A stretch of DNA of 64,000 nucleotides from the human T2T-CHM13v2.0 reference genome, Homo sapiens, in the NCBI RefSeq assembly GCF_009914755.1, contig NC_060926.1, one strand, 5' to 3'. The notes under the pieces were generated by a model. That model saw only the letters and a program-made list of their open reading frames with translations. It had not been told where the DNA came from and did not search any database. Below, piece after piece: positions 50,051 to 62,567 of this stretch (positions are counted from its first letter, which is position 1; the number at the start of each line of letters is the position of its first letter). The translations under genes were made by a program, and so were the position numbers.

Positions 50051-50939
50051 ATGAGCAGGGTCATGGGGATTCTGGAGCTGGATTCAGCCCCGGCCCATGA
50101 ATCCCAGTGCTCTGTTGCCCACAGAGGCCCATGGATGAGCCTGTAGGAAGATCTAGCTCTTCAGGGTTTGCTGGTTGACAAAATGTCAGTGACTTACATT
50201 TACAAATGCTTTGGCATGCCCAAGACAGTTTCATATAACTTGATGAACTGGAAGAGCAGGTAGCGTTATTTTTATACCTTCTCTCCTCAGGGTGGACAAG
50301 CGGTGGTTGCCCCAGTAGCCATCCTATCCCCTCCCACTGGGCAGCAGCCATGCCCTGCAAATAGGACAGTCCCACCCCAGTGCACGGGTCTAAAGGCAGT
50401 TTGATCCAGTGAGAGAGATGCAGATGGGGAATCCAGAGATCTGGGATCCAAAGTCCAGCTTGGCCATAGCTGGCTGAGTGACCTTGGGCTTGTCCATTCC
50501 CCTCTCTGGGCAACAGTTTCCTTGTTGGTCACATGAGGGGCTTGCGTCACTGACAGGTGATCTGTAACATTCTTCCTGGCATTGGGATGCTCTTATTTCT
50601 GAGACTCTAAATTGCCTGGCCTGTGAGAGGGCAGCTGAGGGCTGTGGACAGAGTCTAAGGTGAAGAGTACAAAGATCCTGGTTCAGACTTGGGCCCCACT
50701 TAGTACCTCTGTGCCCCTCAGAGCTTCATCGTCCTCATCTACAGGATGAAGAAAAGTCATTCTTGCCCAAATTACTTTCCTAAGTGAATAAAGGAATAAA
50801 AGATGATAAAGCTGCAGAAAATGTAAGATGTTTACTCTTATTAATCATTTGTGAGCATCTGCTGAATCGGGGCATTGTGGTGAGAACCTTACACACTTTA
50901 TCTAAGCTCATTACTGAGACCTGGAGGTAAGAACTATCC

Positions 50940-51145
50940 CCAGGGTTGTGCAGGGAAATGCTTAGCAGCCAGCCCGCCGGGGAGGAAGGTCCCGATTTGT
51001 AGTGTTTGCCCATTTCTGTGGTGTCAATGCTTCCACTTTAGCCCTTTCCAAGCTAAGCGGCCTCATGTTACTTAATGCAGAGCTGGGGAGAAATGCATAC
51101 AATTGACTTTCTGGAGTGGAAGAGTCAGCTCCAGTGCATCACTGA
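50940..51145. mobile_element. MER63A-like hAT MITE inside a MIR
   Basis: gatttgtagtgtttgcccatttctgtggtgt...gagtcagctccagtgcatcactg. Confidence 0.6.
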
Positions 51146-54100
51146 CTGTATCCACTTTATTGATAAGAAAGCAGATTGAGAAACATGTCCAAATTCACAG
51201 TCAATACTAGCAGAGTCAGGATTGAAACCCAAGCCTGACTGCCTGGAAGCTCAGTGGTCCCTGCTCTTCTCTCTGCTGAGGGTAACGAGGTGTACTGTGC
51301 TCATGGAGAGAGGCTGAACTTTTAAATCAGAAGGCGCAAGTTTGAAGCCTGGCTCCCTTGTTTCCTGGCTGTGAGAGCCTTGGATGCACCACTTAGCCAC
51401 TCCTAACCTGAGGCCTCAGTTTTCTCATCTGTTAAATGGGAGAGAGTGAGTGCCCAGCACACACAGTTTCTCCGTGACTCCAGTGAATGTGGCCGTGCTT
51501 TGTAACAGAGAAACTCACTTTGTAAGCAACAGCACCTGGCGCCTCACCAGTGGTGAGGAGCTGCTCACCCAGGGAGCCTGTCTGCTATGAGGACGCTGCT
51601 TCCAGCAGGACTTGGGGCCCCCAGCCCACCTCCCTGTGCCCAAGGATCTATAGCCGAAGGCCGGTAGAAACATCTCGGAGCTCCTGTTCCAGCCCCACCA
51701 TGGAGCTCCCCTCCCTCGGTTCCCAACCCCTAACATTCCAGCACAAGTCCCTCCCTTCTGCCTCTCCCCAGGAGTTAAGCCCAGCAGAAACCAGAATGCT
51801 TCTCAGAGCTGCTGGAATCCTGTGCCCCATAAATCAGGATGCTGAGCTGTGAGACCAAAGGAACGCTCTGGAAAAGAAAGTCAATCACCTGATGATTGTT
51901 TTTAAATAGCATCTCATGAACTCAGACTTACCCACGGTATCAAACTGCCTTCCACCACCATCACCCCCAGTAAGGATATTTGGGGCTCAACCCTCCTTGT
52001 CTTGATGCTCAAGCAGCATGGGGTGCAAAGGGCCCTGCAGCAGGGCCCAGGGCTCCTGGAAACCATGGCCTGCTCTGTGACATGGCCCAGAGGGAGCTCA
52101 GGTACCCTCTTGAAACCTGCACTCACCCGGCCTGGCTGACTTTGACAGAGGGAGATAGAGGTCTTTGGGGAACTTTTGTAAGAGGGAGACATTGTGTTCT
52201 CTCTAGAAGCCAAGATTATCCCCAAATCACATGAGTTTACACACACGCGTGCACACGTGCCCTTACACACAAACACATACACACGTGTGCACATGTGCAC
52301 ACACATTCACCTACATGTGCGCACACTCCCATCTATTCATCCTGGAGTGCCCTGGGATTCTGGAGATGCACAGGTGCACGTTGTGATGTTGACTGTGGTT
52401 CTCAGAAGAGGCAAGAAAGAGATTTTGGGGTGACCCAAATCCCAGCAGAGCCCCTAGCAATGCACAAGGGGGAAGAGTATGGACTGGAGACTGCAAGAGA
52501 ACAAGAATCAGGAGAAGGGATTCCTGAGTGAAAGAGGTTTCTGGAGCCACCTCGGGAGGGGCAGCTTACCTGCAGCTGGCTTCTGGGCAGAACCTGGGCA
52601 GCAGGCACTTTGCAAAGGGCAGGTTTGACCTGGAACAGAGAGAAACAGACCTAGAATCTGGGAAAGGGACCATTTTTTCTGAGCGACTGGGAGAACTCTG
52701 AGAAAGGACTGATCTGGCCTTAGATCAAATGATGGAAGGAAGCACAGGCTGCGATGAGGTCTGGAAACCCCTCCAATGTGCTGGGACAAGCAACCAGCCA
52801 GAGTGGGTCGTGTGGGCCAAGGCTCCTCTTTGCCCTGGCTTGTGTGTGATGTCATCCAGAGCTTTCCTTTAAGTATATGCCCAGGGGGTGGTCTATACAT
52901 AGATGAGCTGGGGATGTCAGGGTCAAGGGACAGGGGGTGGGGGGCAGGGGGCAGAGTTTGGAAGCTGGGGTGGCCCTGAAAAGTTTGTCATGTCCTCTTG
53001 GTATTAAGTGGGGTGGTAACAGGCATTAAGAGTGGTTCTCGCTGTGGGAACCTGAGCTAAGAAGAGGTGATTAGTGGGGTAGGGACAGGTAGTCTAGTAG
53101 GTCAGGTAGCATCAACTAAGGGACCTCCCAGGTGACATTGCCCTGGTGAATTGACCATTATCCCAGACAGGGCCAATCAAGCTCCAAAGAGAGGGGAACC
53201 TGCAGACCCTCCTTGGCCAACGTGTTCAACCCTTATGAGGGCTTGGAATGCCCATGCCCCACCTCCCAGGCTGCCTTTGCCTGGCACAAGACCCCCTAGA
53301 TGGCTGGAGCTGTGAGTACGGGGTCTGTGCAAAGTCTTAGGGCCACTCCATACGGCCGTGGTGGGCCCAGTAACCTGCTCAGACCACGTTAGAGCATGTG
53401 GTCTGGTCCCTGGGGCATTTCTAGATTCAAGGCCTTCCCCTTACAGTGTTGGACAAATCCTGTACCCTGTAGCTCAGGGTTACCTTTTTCTCCTCCCAGA
53501 TTCATCACCCCCACACCGGCGAACCTCAGTGGGTGCTGAGAACACTCTCAAAGGCATGGGTCCCACAGTTACAGACAGCCGCTGGGCCACCTTCCTCGGA
53601 TGCTGAGCTTAAGTCTCTGAGGGCAGCTTCTGAGAATTGCCCCCCTGGTTCTGCCCAGGAAAGGAGCCTTGGCCTCTCCATAGGCAGATGTGGGATCCCT
53701 TAGAGATTGTGGCTCTGCACCAGCAGAAGGGTGGGGCTTGTGAAGGCTCATTAGACGCCCTTGTCCACCCCATGTGCTGCATAGATGAGGAGCCTGAGGC
53801 CCACGGAGAGGACACGGTTACTCCTGCGTCCCAGAGACGGGTTCAGGGCAGATCTGAGGCTGAACTGGAGCTCCTACTGCCCATCTTTTCTATCAAAGTT
53901 CATGCTGCTGTCCCCAAGACCCTGCTCCAGATACAGAGCTGCAGAAGCTTTCCTGAGCCTAGGCGAGGGCCTGGCCCACTCTACTTTCCCAGAATGAGCG
54001 TTGGTGAGGGCCAGGGTGAGCTCTGGCCGAAGCAGGAAAGCGCTGTCTAAACACGCTCTGGGGCTTGTGTGTCTGGCTGGCTGTCCCCCGGGCCAGGTGG

Positions 54101-54518
54101 GCCTCTGACACACAGCAGGAATTTTCCACTGGCGCATCCTCTGGCTGGTTGGGATCCAACGCATTTTCGAGCCTTTTTGTTTCACTCCAGTTGTCTCCCC
54201 TGCCCCATGAAGATGCGCCCTGGGGGCGAGAGCGTGGGGGCCGTGAATCTTCAGAGGCTTCAGGGAGCCCCCCTTCTATGACCCAGAAGCCATCAGTCAG
54301 TACCTAAAATACAGAATGAAGGAAAGGAAAATCACTCTTAATAAATCTACATAGATAGTGAAATTAAAGTTCAGAGAGAAGGTGACATGTCCAAGGTAGA
54401 GCCAACACAGGTTTGTCTAAGCCTGGCACCATCCTGTTTCCACTGAACCAGTTTCCCAAGGTTAAGAGCCAAGGTCACCGGAAGACACTGCAAGGGGGAG
54501 TTTCAAAGATGAAACTGT

Positions 54519-54798
54519 GGCCAGGCGCTGTGGCCCACTCCTTTAATCCCAGCACTTTGGGAGGCCGAGGTGGGCAGATCACCTGAGGTCAGGAGTTCGA
54601 GACCAGCCTGGCCAACGTGATGAAACCCTATCTCTACTAAAAATACAAAAATTAGTTGGGTGTGGTGGTTCACACCTGTAATCCCAGCTACCTGGGAGGC
54701 TGAGGCAGGGGAATCACATTGCAGTGAGCCGAGATCACGCTACTGCACTCCAGCCTGGGCAACAGAGCAAGGCTCCATGTAAAAAAAAAAAAAAAAAA
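54519..54798 (+). mobile_element. AluS with ~20-bp internal deletion in the right arm
   Basis: gaatcacattgcagtgagcc lacks the ttgaacccgggaggcggagg segment. Confidence 0.9.
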
Positions 54799-55536
54799 GC
54801 TGCAGGAGGGAGCTGGGCCATCCATGTGGGGACACTGCCAGCTCACAGAAGTCCCTGGAATGGACAGCTGAGTGTGCCAGCAACGCACGCATCCCCATGC
54901 TGTGTCACTCCAGCCTGGAGGCAGCAACGCCAACAGCTCCTTCCCAAAGGCCAGGCCGGGAGGCCAGGGCCCACACTTTAGGAGCCTGTAACCCCTCATT
55001 CTGCATCACAGTGGTAGGGCTTTTTCCTGGGTTGGGGCCAACACATTTGACCCTGCATCCAGAGCATTCCTTGGGCAGCAATAAGGGCCTTGATCTGGAA
55101 CCTGTCGGGAGGACAGCCTGAGAGGCTGGGCCTGCAGAGGGAGACCAGCTGGGCTGGAGCCTGAGTCTTGTGGGGCCTCTGTCAAGCCATGCAGGAGGGC
55201 CACAGGAGGCCACAGTGGGCAGGCACAGGATGCTGCTTTTTCCCAAGACAGTGTTCCTGGCTGGTGGTTGGGGAGGTACCTGTGCCTGCAGGGCAGGTTC
55301 ACAGCCAAGGAGAGAAGACCAACTTAACACGCTGAATGACATTCTCTGGGCTCCTCCCTCGGACCCTGGAAATGTTTCCTAGAATCATCACCAACTGCCC
55401 AGAGCCTGGGCCTCCACAAAGCTGACCTCAGGGAGACTCCAGCCCATTCAGAGAGGTGGGCAAGTGGGGAAGGTGATGGCAGGAAGATCTGGGGTGCCAT
55501 TTGGCCTGTGCAACCTCCCACCCCCATGAAAATCCT

Positions 55537-56281
55537 TGCTATGGTTTGAATGTTTCCCTCCTCTGACACTTATGTGGAAACTGTATCCCCAGTGTGGCAG
55601 TATTGAGAAGTGGGGCCTTTAGGAGGTGATTAGGTCATGAGGGCTCTGCCCTCATGAATGGACTAATCCATTCATGGATTAATAGATTAAGGGGTTAGTG
55701 GATTAATGGGCTATCATGGGAGTGGGACTGGTGGCTTTATAAGAAGAAGAGAGATCTGAGCTAGTACGCTCAGCCCCTCACCCTGTGATGCCCTGTACCA
55801 CCCAGGGACTCTGCATAGAGTCCCCACCAGCAAGAAGACCCTCAGCAGCCCCTCAGCCTTGGACTTCTTAGTCTTCATAGCTTAAGAAATTAATTCCTTT
55901 TCTTGGCCTGGCACAGTGGCTCACACCTGTAATCCCAGCATTTTGGGAGGCCGAGACAGGTGGATCACCTGAGGTCAGGAGTTTGAAACCACCCTGGCCA
56001 ACATGATGAAACCCCGTCTCTACTAAAAATACAAAAATTAGCCAGGCGTGATGGAGGGTGCCTGTAATCCCAGCTACTTGGGAGGCTGAGGCAGGGAGAA
56101 TGGCTTGAAACCGGGAGGCAGAGGTTGCAGTGAGCCGAGATTGCACTACTGCACTCCAGACTGGGTGACAGAGCAAGACTCCATCTCAAAAAAATTAAAA
56201 ATAAAATAATAAATTCCTTTTCTTTATAAATTACTCAGTTTCAGGTATTCTCTTTAAAGCAATAAAGAATGGACAAAGACA
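55537..56281 (+). mobile_element. MSTB-like MaLR LTR with AluS at 55905-56206
   Basis: TG...CA ends (tgctatggtttgaatg / atggacaaagaca); TSD (a/c)tcct. Confidence 0.88.
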
Positions 56282-56426
56282 CTCCTACGGCCGGCTTCCC
56301 ATTGACCAGCCCAGCATTTCCTGTGTTAGAGAAAAAAGTTTTTCCATGGTCAAATAAATTTGGGAAATCAGGCCAAACCCGTCCTGATTCCCAAATGTAT
56401 TACAAATTTCCTTCAGATCTTCTAGA

Positions 56427-56636
56427 CAGCGGTTCTCAAGCAGGGGTGAATTTGTCCCCTAGGGGACACTTGTCAATGTATTTAGACATTTTTAGTTGTC
56501 ACAACTGGGAGGGTACTACTGGTATCTAACGGGTAGAGGCCTGGATGCTGCTAGACATCCTATAATGCACAGGACACCCCATAACAAAGAAGTATCCAGG
56601 CCCAAATATCAATAGTGCTGAGACTGAGAAACTTTG
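56427..56636. mobile_element. MER20
   Basis: cagcggttctcaa...ggggacacttgtcaatgt...tgtcacaactggg...ctgagaaac; t(t/c)ctaga flanks. Confidence 0.85.
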
Positions 56637-56679
56637 TCCTAGAGTGTTGCATAGAACTCCAGGGAGGTGTTCAGGGGCC

Positions 56680-57230
56680 ACAGTGTAGAGAACATTTGTC
56701 ATTCTTTCGGGCCACCCAGCATCTGCTCTCCCTTCCCATGTTTGAGGATTTGCCCCATGTTTTGAGCCAGAAGCTGAACCCAGAATGGAAGCTCTATGAA
56801 GCCAATCCACATTGTCCCAGCCTCTCTTGCAGCTAGGTGGGAGGCAGGTGACCTCCCTCCACCAGTCACATGCATTTTCCCCAGGATTTGGATCCAAAAC
56901 TCACGATGCAGAAAAGTGAGACTATGCAGAGCCCATTGTGTAGCAGTGAGGGAGGTGGCAGCAGCTGTGGTGGCAGGGGCTATGGTGGTCCTAGAGGCAG
57001 GGTGGATGGAGCTAGTGGCACAAGCTAAGGTGTCTATGCAGCAGTAGGGTCTTCCCAGGATCTATCATACAATGTGACTTTGGGTGTTGCTCCTGGCTAC
57101 TTTGCCTCTGACCTTGATTTTTCTGACCCCACAGGAGATTCTGTGAGCTACCCAAGATCTTTAGAATAAATCCTTTTTAAGCTTAAATTAGGAAAGTCGG
57201 CCTCCATTGCTTGCAATTAAGAACTATTTG
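56680..57230 (+). mobile_element. Old MaLR-type LTR
   Basis: Ends aataaatcctttttaagcttaaatt...ttgcttgcaattaagaac. Confidence 0.55.
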
Positions 57231-57273
57231 GGTGGTACTGAGTTCTCCAAGTGTATCTGGGCACAGGATTCTT

Positions 57274-57644
57274 CTTTTTTTTTTAAACCAGAACATTTAT
57301 TGCATGACTAATCATTGAAATTCTTAAAATGAACTGGATGTTGCGACAGCTGCCCTCTTGGGTTTAGGTGTTGTTCCTTCATGGAATCCATGCCTGAATG
57401 TGTGGTATATAATTTTTAGGTGCCTTATTCAACTGGTCCGGGTGGTATTTCATCTTTTAGCCTTGGCACTCCAGTTATACTTTCTCTCGCACTTGGCAAG
57501 GTAGCCACATTTGCCACAGGTCAACTTCTGAAGGTGATAGGCCTTACAGCCACAGCAGTGGCACAACGTGTGTCTTATTGCAACGCTTTCCAAACGATGA
57601 TGTTCCCTTCATCATCTTGCTTCTGTGGCCGAGACCAGAGAGCA
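57274..57644 (-). pseudogene. RPL37P11: RPL37 processed pseudogene (probably RPL37P11)
   Basis: Intronless remnant from ATG 57615 to TAA 57324, reading M(M)[13 protein letters not shown]..., then a 2-bp deletion (aagacacacgttg vs parental aagacgcacacgttg), then recognisable ...KYNWSAKAK...[23 protein letters not shown] at 57296-57301, a poly(A) tail, and a 14-bp TSD ggcacaggattctt (57260-57273 / 57645-57658). The P11 number is from recall. Confidence 0.9.
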
Positions 57645-58224
57645 GGCACAGGATTCTTTCTTTTGCAGAACATCTCAAAGAACCTTTGTGCTATGAGCAT
57701 ACTTTAAGGTATATTGGCCAAAATGAGAGTCAAATAGGGATTCCCATAACCTCTGCTCCTGCCAGACCAGACCACTGCAATAGCTCCACCTCCAGCAGAG
57801 GTCCAGGACCAGTGAGGACATCAGCATCTCTCTGCTGGTTGTAGCTGAGTCAGGGATACCCTGCAACTACCCTCCTCTTCTGTGCCATCAAGGGCTGAGA
57901 ATAACTGCAGCTGGCTGCAGCCTCAAAAATCAAAACACAATCAAGGTGTGGAAATGATTGGGCTTATCAGAAGAAGGTGGAAGAAACTGGAAACTCTGAT
58001 GCCTGATTGGGGTGATGATACTGGCAAATCAGAGATAGGTTTAAAGAGAAACTTGAGGTTTTAAGAATTTAAGAAGTCAGGAGGGAAAAGAGGGAGACTT
58101 TTTGGGGAAGGTCAGATATCTACCTAGAAAAGAGTGAAGCTATTTTAGGGGATTTTATATCCGGACTTCATGGAAGATGCTGAGCCCAGTTTCAGATATG
58201 TTTAAAGAGAGCAATTTTAAATGA

Positions 58225-58780
58225 CAGTCATTTATTTACTCAACAAATATGTATCAAGAACCAGACATTAAACAAGTGCTGGGTGGCAGTGTTGAAGAAA
58301 GCAGGCATAGTGACCTGCCCTTACCCTCCTAGAGCCTGAGATCTAGTCGGGAAGGCAGATACCCAGTCCTTAAGATGCAATTGATCTTTCCATTATAATG
58401 GTGTTTCATCATTGGGGAAGAGAGTGAGAGCTGGGGGAATATACGTGGTGTAACCCTCTTTGGGGTCATGGGGGACTTCCTGGGGATGGGACCATCAGAG
58501 GAGAAGAAGTGAGCAGATGGGAAGAGGAGTGAGGCTGGTGGAAGAAGGGTCTATGTTGGGGCTGAGATGGAAGGAGTATGGAGGGTTTGGGTCCTGAAAG
58601 AAGGCTCCGGAAGCCCAGGATTAGGGCAGGGCAGAATAGAGGACTTGAAGCTGGGCTGGAGAGGTAGGCAGGAGCCAGATCCAAAAGGGTCTTGCAGGCA
58701 ATTTCAAGGATCCAGGTCTTCATCCTGAAAGCAATAGGAATAATTGGAGGGTTTGGATCGGAGCCATGTGACATAAGGCT
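58225..58780 (-). mobile_element. L2 LINE
   Basis: tcatttatttactcaacaaatat...; ggctggagaggtaggcaggagccagatc. Confidence 0.7.
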
Positions 58781-59329
58781 GAGGGGATCTGAAACTATAA
58801 AATCGGATGTGGCTTCTTCACCTCACCTCAGGTGGGGATTGGGGTCCAGGTGAACTAAAAAGAGGGAGGCAAAAGGAAAAGGATGGACTTTGGGAGGCAC
58901 CTACCCTGTGCTCAGGCAGCACGCTGGGTGCTTTACATGTGGCGTTGCATTTACAGCAGAGCTGAAATAACCAGAAAAGCCCTGCCCCACTTAAAGCTCG
59001 GGTGCTTGTTTCCCCCCACCCCACAATGAGTTGGGTGTTCCAGGCCTGAAGGCTGTCAGGGAGCTTCTGGGAGAAACAGGCAGGGCCCTTGAGAAGCTGG
59101 AGGAGCAGGAGGGGAGGAGGAGAAGGAAGTAAGCAAGAGGAACTGGCCCACATAGCCAGAGCAGCTCCAGAGAGCGAGCTGAGAAGGAATCTTAGAAATC
59201 GGCAGCTCCAACTACCCCTTTTACAGATGAGGAAGCTAAGGTCCAGGGTTCAGTGGCAGAACTGGAAATAAAGCCCAGCTCTTTAGCTTCTTTTCTGCTG
59301 TTCTTCCTACTGCTCCAGGTGTGTGCACA

Positions 59330-59398
59330 GGTCCCTGTGTGCATGCACATGGGCACGCTGTGTGTGTGTGTGTGTGTGTGTGCGTGCACACATATGTG
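59330..59398. repeat. (TG)n / alternating purine-pyrimidine tract
   Basis: Direct reading. Confidence 0.9.
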
Positions 59399-62246
59399 GC
59401 TGAGATGAGATCATCTGTCTCTCCATCCATCCGTAATCCAAGATGGCCATGATGTCGACATGAATTAAGATGTTTATAGAAATAAAAAAAAATGCTTAGG
59501 AAAGCAGTTAATCTATATGGGGGTGGGGGGATCCAGTTTCAGAAGGTGAATGTCTTGATTTTTTATTAATCCCTTTTCTGTTTTATTCAAAGAGGATTTG
59601 TTGTTCTCAGCCCCAGCTGGGAGCTTAAGAAAACAGATCTGCGTTTTTCGGCCTCGGTCTATCTCTGAAGCTCTAGGCCTCTTTTATTGGACCTGAGGAC
59701 AAGGATGCCTGGAACCTGGTCTCTACTCAGGCCAGCTCCATGCCTCAGTTTTCCTCCATACAAAGGCCTGGGGCTTCCCTTTCTATCCCTCTTCCCAAGG
59801 GTTGTTTGTCCAACCCAAGAGCAAAAGGGCTCAGACACAGAAGATGAGAAGCAGGATTCAGAGTTGAAGTTGGGGGACCTGACCTGGCAGCTGAGAGAGG
59901 ACAATAAGCTCTGAGGGAGGCTCTGAGGTGTAAGCAGAGAGAGGGGGAAGATACACAGAGAGCAGAGTGTTGTGGAGAACTCGCCAGGAATCCCATCTTC
60001 CCCATCTACTGTGTGGGTGAAACTTGGAGTGACCTTTCCTCCTTGGAAAAATGGGGGTGGCTGTGGGGCCACATTTGCACTGGCTATGCTCTTACAGCTG
60101 CTTAGTTTTGGGGCAAACATGTGTATTTCTAAGGTCAGCATTGGTAGGTGGACAGAGGGCTTGGTGTGGTCATCTGTGGTCCCCACCAATCTACGTCAAG
60201 CCACTGGAGACCAACTACCTCCTGGGGTCCCAGCCCATCAGACTCAGTAGCTTTCTGGCCCCAAAAATCCCGAGAGAGAATTCCCCTTTGCAGAAGGCTG
60301 GACTCCCCAGGGTAGCACAAGGTAAGCTGGCGCCCTCACCCAGGGCTAATTGGGTTCCCAGAAATTTTGACTACAACAAAAAAGCAGGTCCCAGTTCCTC
60401 CAGATTCCTAAGGTCAACACGAGTATCTGCTCCAGTCCAGGGCCCTGGCCTTTGCCTGGAATACCATCATCCCTTTGCTAGGCCTCAATTTTTCTTATTA
60501 GGAAACTCAGCAATGGGTTTTGAGCTCAATCAAGTGTTGGCGCCATCATCATGTTAGCCCTCTGCCCTTCCCCACTCTGGGCCTCTGTTCTGTCACCGGT
60601 TAAATGGGAATTCAGTCCAGATGACCTCCTGCACCACATGCAAGTTCCCTTTGGTGCTCATTTCAAGATTCTAGACTTCTGAGTCCTGCTAAGGCTCTTG
60701 CCTGCCTCTCATCAACTCAGTCCTTCCACAGCCCACCCCCCAACCCCAGGTTAGATGCTAGTGAGGTCCCTCATTAATCTAGTTGACAGGCCTGGAACCT
60801 GCTTCTGTTTGTCAATTCCTTCCTCCCAGCATGCTGGTCCAGAGCCCAGCAGCTGGGGCCATCGGTGTCAGGATTCCTCCCTTGGCAGTCCCTGTCACCC
60901 AGGCAGATCATCTAAGCCTCAGGCTAGCTTCCTTCCTGGGCTCTGGCATGGGTTGGTTTCCAGCCCTTATCAAGAAAAGAGGGAACAGAGGGCAGTGGCA
61001 TGCCAGTCCTACTGTAAGGACTGCAGCTTCCCTTATCTCCCTTCATCTTGCCATCCTCTTGAGGCAGATGGGGCCAGGAACCCCACTTTAAGAAAAAGGG
61101 GCGGGGGCAGACCCCACCCAGAGGTGCCGACTCCAGAGCTTGAGCTCCTTCCTCAGCCTTGTGCTGCCTCCTTAGATCTCCTCTGGGAAAGCAGGGCACA
61201 GTTCTTTGGCCAGGAGTCCTGCCTTAACTCAATTCATCAAATATTTATTAATAGACCAGAAGCTTTGCTTGGCATGGTGTTAGGGGACAGCAAGGGACCA
61301 CAGAACCTATGGGGTGATTCCCTTCCAGCCCCTGGGGTGGGCCTCGGTCCCTCCCCCAGGGCAGTGTCAGGCCATCGTCAGACACCCATGGGCCTCTGAC
61401 AGCCACTTTCCCAATTGTCCTTTTGGATCCAGCAAGTTACAGCTCATTCCTTTGGCCCACATTGTTCCTTAACGACATCACTTTTTCCATCTCCCGAAGG
61501 CACCGTGCCCTTCCGCCTGAGCACTGCCTCCCAGCTGATCTCCATCTCCCTGACGTGCTGTACTTTCCATGGATCGCTGGAGGGCATCATCTCTGGATCA
61601 TCTGAGATCTGTGAAGCTCAGAGCCTGAGTACCCCCAGGCCTCCCCATGGTGACCCAACACCATGACCAAACTTGTCCATTTAGTTGGATGATCCCTGTT
61701 CCTTCAAATCACTGGGTGCCCTGGAGACACGGATCTTCTCCAGGCACCCGGCTGAAAGCCTCAAAAGCATCCTTTAACTTGTGCACAGATATGGGGATCC
61801 TTATGAGTCCCTGCTTGGTCTGGATGTCAGGTTGGGCCATGGACAGCTCTTCCTCTCCCTCATCTCCACCTTGCATGGGTCACTAGCACATTCACTGGCA
61901 GTCTTCTCTCACAGTCCCTTTGCGAGCTCAAGTCACTTGGCATCACCCACAGCTCTACATACTTCCTATTCCAAGTTTAGCATAGGTTCCTCCTGGGTGA
62001 ATCCAGGTGCTGGGTCCTGGCCCTCCCAACAGCCTTCCTCTCTGAGCTACTCATTCATGCATGTGACCAGTATTTTCCTAAGCTCTCACTATGTGCCAGG
62101 CCCAGTGTTGCCAGCACCTTCTGTTTTACTCTCTGTCATTGATAGCTCTGGCCCCCACCATTTTCTAGTGAGGGAGTGTGGCACAGATGGCAAAGCACAC
62201 ACTTGGGAGTCAGAGTTATCTGGGTTTCAGTCCCGGATCTGTCATC

Positions 62247-62567
62247 TGTTTGTTTGTTTATTTGTTTATTTATATATTTATTTAAGACCAAGTCTCACTC
62301 TGTCACCCAGGCTAGAGTGCCGTGGCGTGATCTCGGCTCACTGTAACCTCCACCTCCCAGGTTCAAGCGATTCTGGTGCCTCAGCCTCCTGAGTAGCTGA
62401 GATTACAGGTGCCTGCCACCACGCCCGGCTAATTTTTGTATTTTTTTAGTAGAGACAGGGTTTCACCATGTTGGCCAGGCTGGTCTCAAACTCCTGAACT
62501 CAAGTCATCTGCCTGCCTTGGCCTCCCAAAGTGCTGGGATTACAGGCATGAGCCGCTGAGCCTGGCC
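62247..62567 (-). mobile_element. AluS inserted in a MIR
   Basis: Reverse Alu with a (TTTG/TTTA)n tail; MIR continues on both sides. Confidence 0.92.

Noticed and set aside
60755-62392. 214-aa and 203-aa ORFs
   Set aside because: Low-complexity S/P/L-rich translations running through L2/MIR/Alu sequence, with no K2P channel (KCNK3) motifs such as TIGYG.
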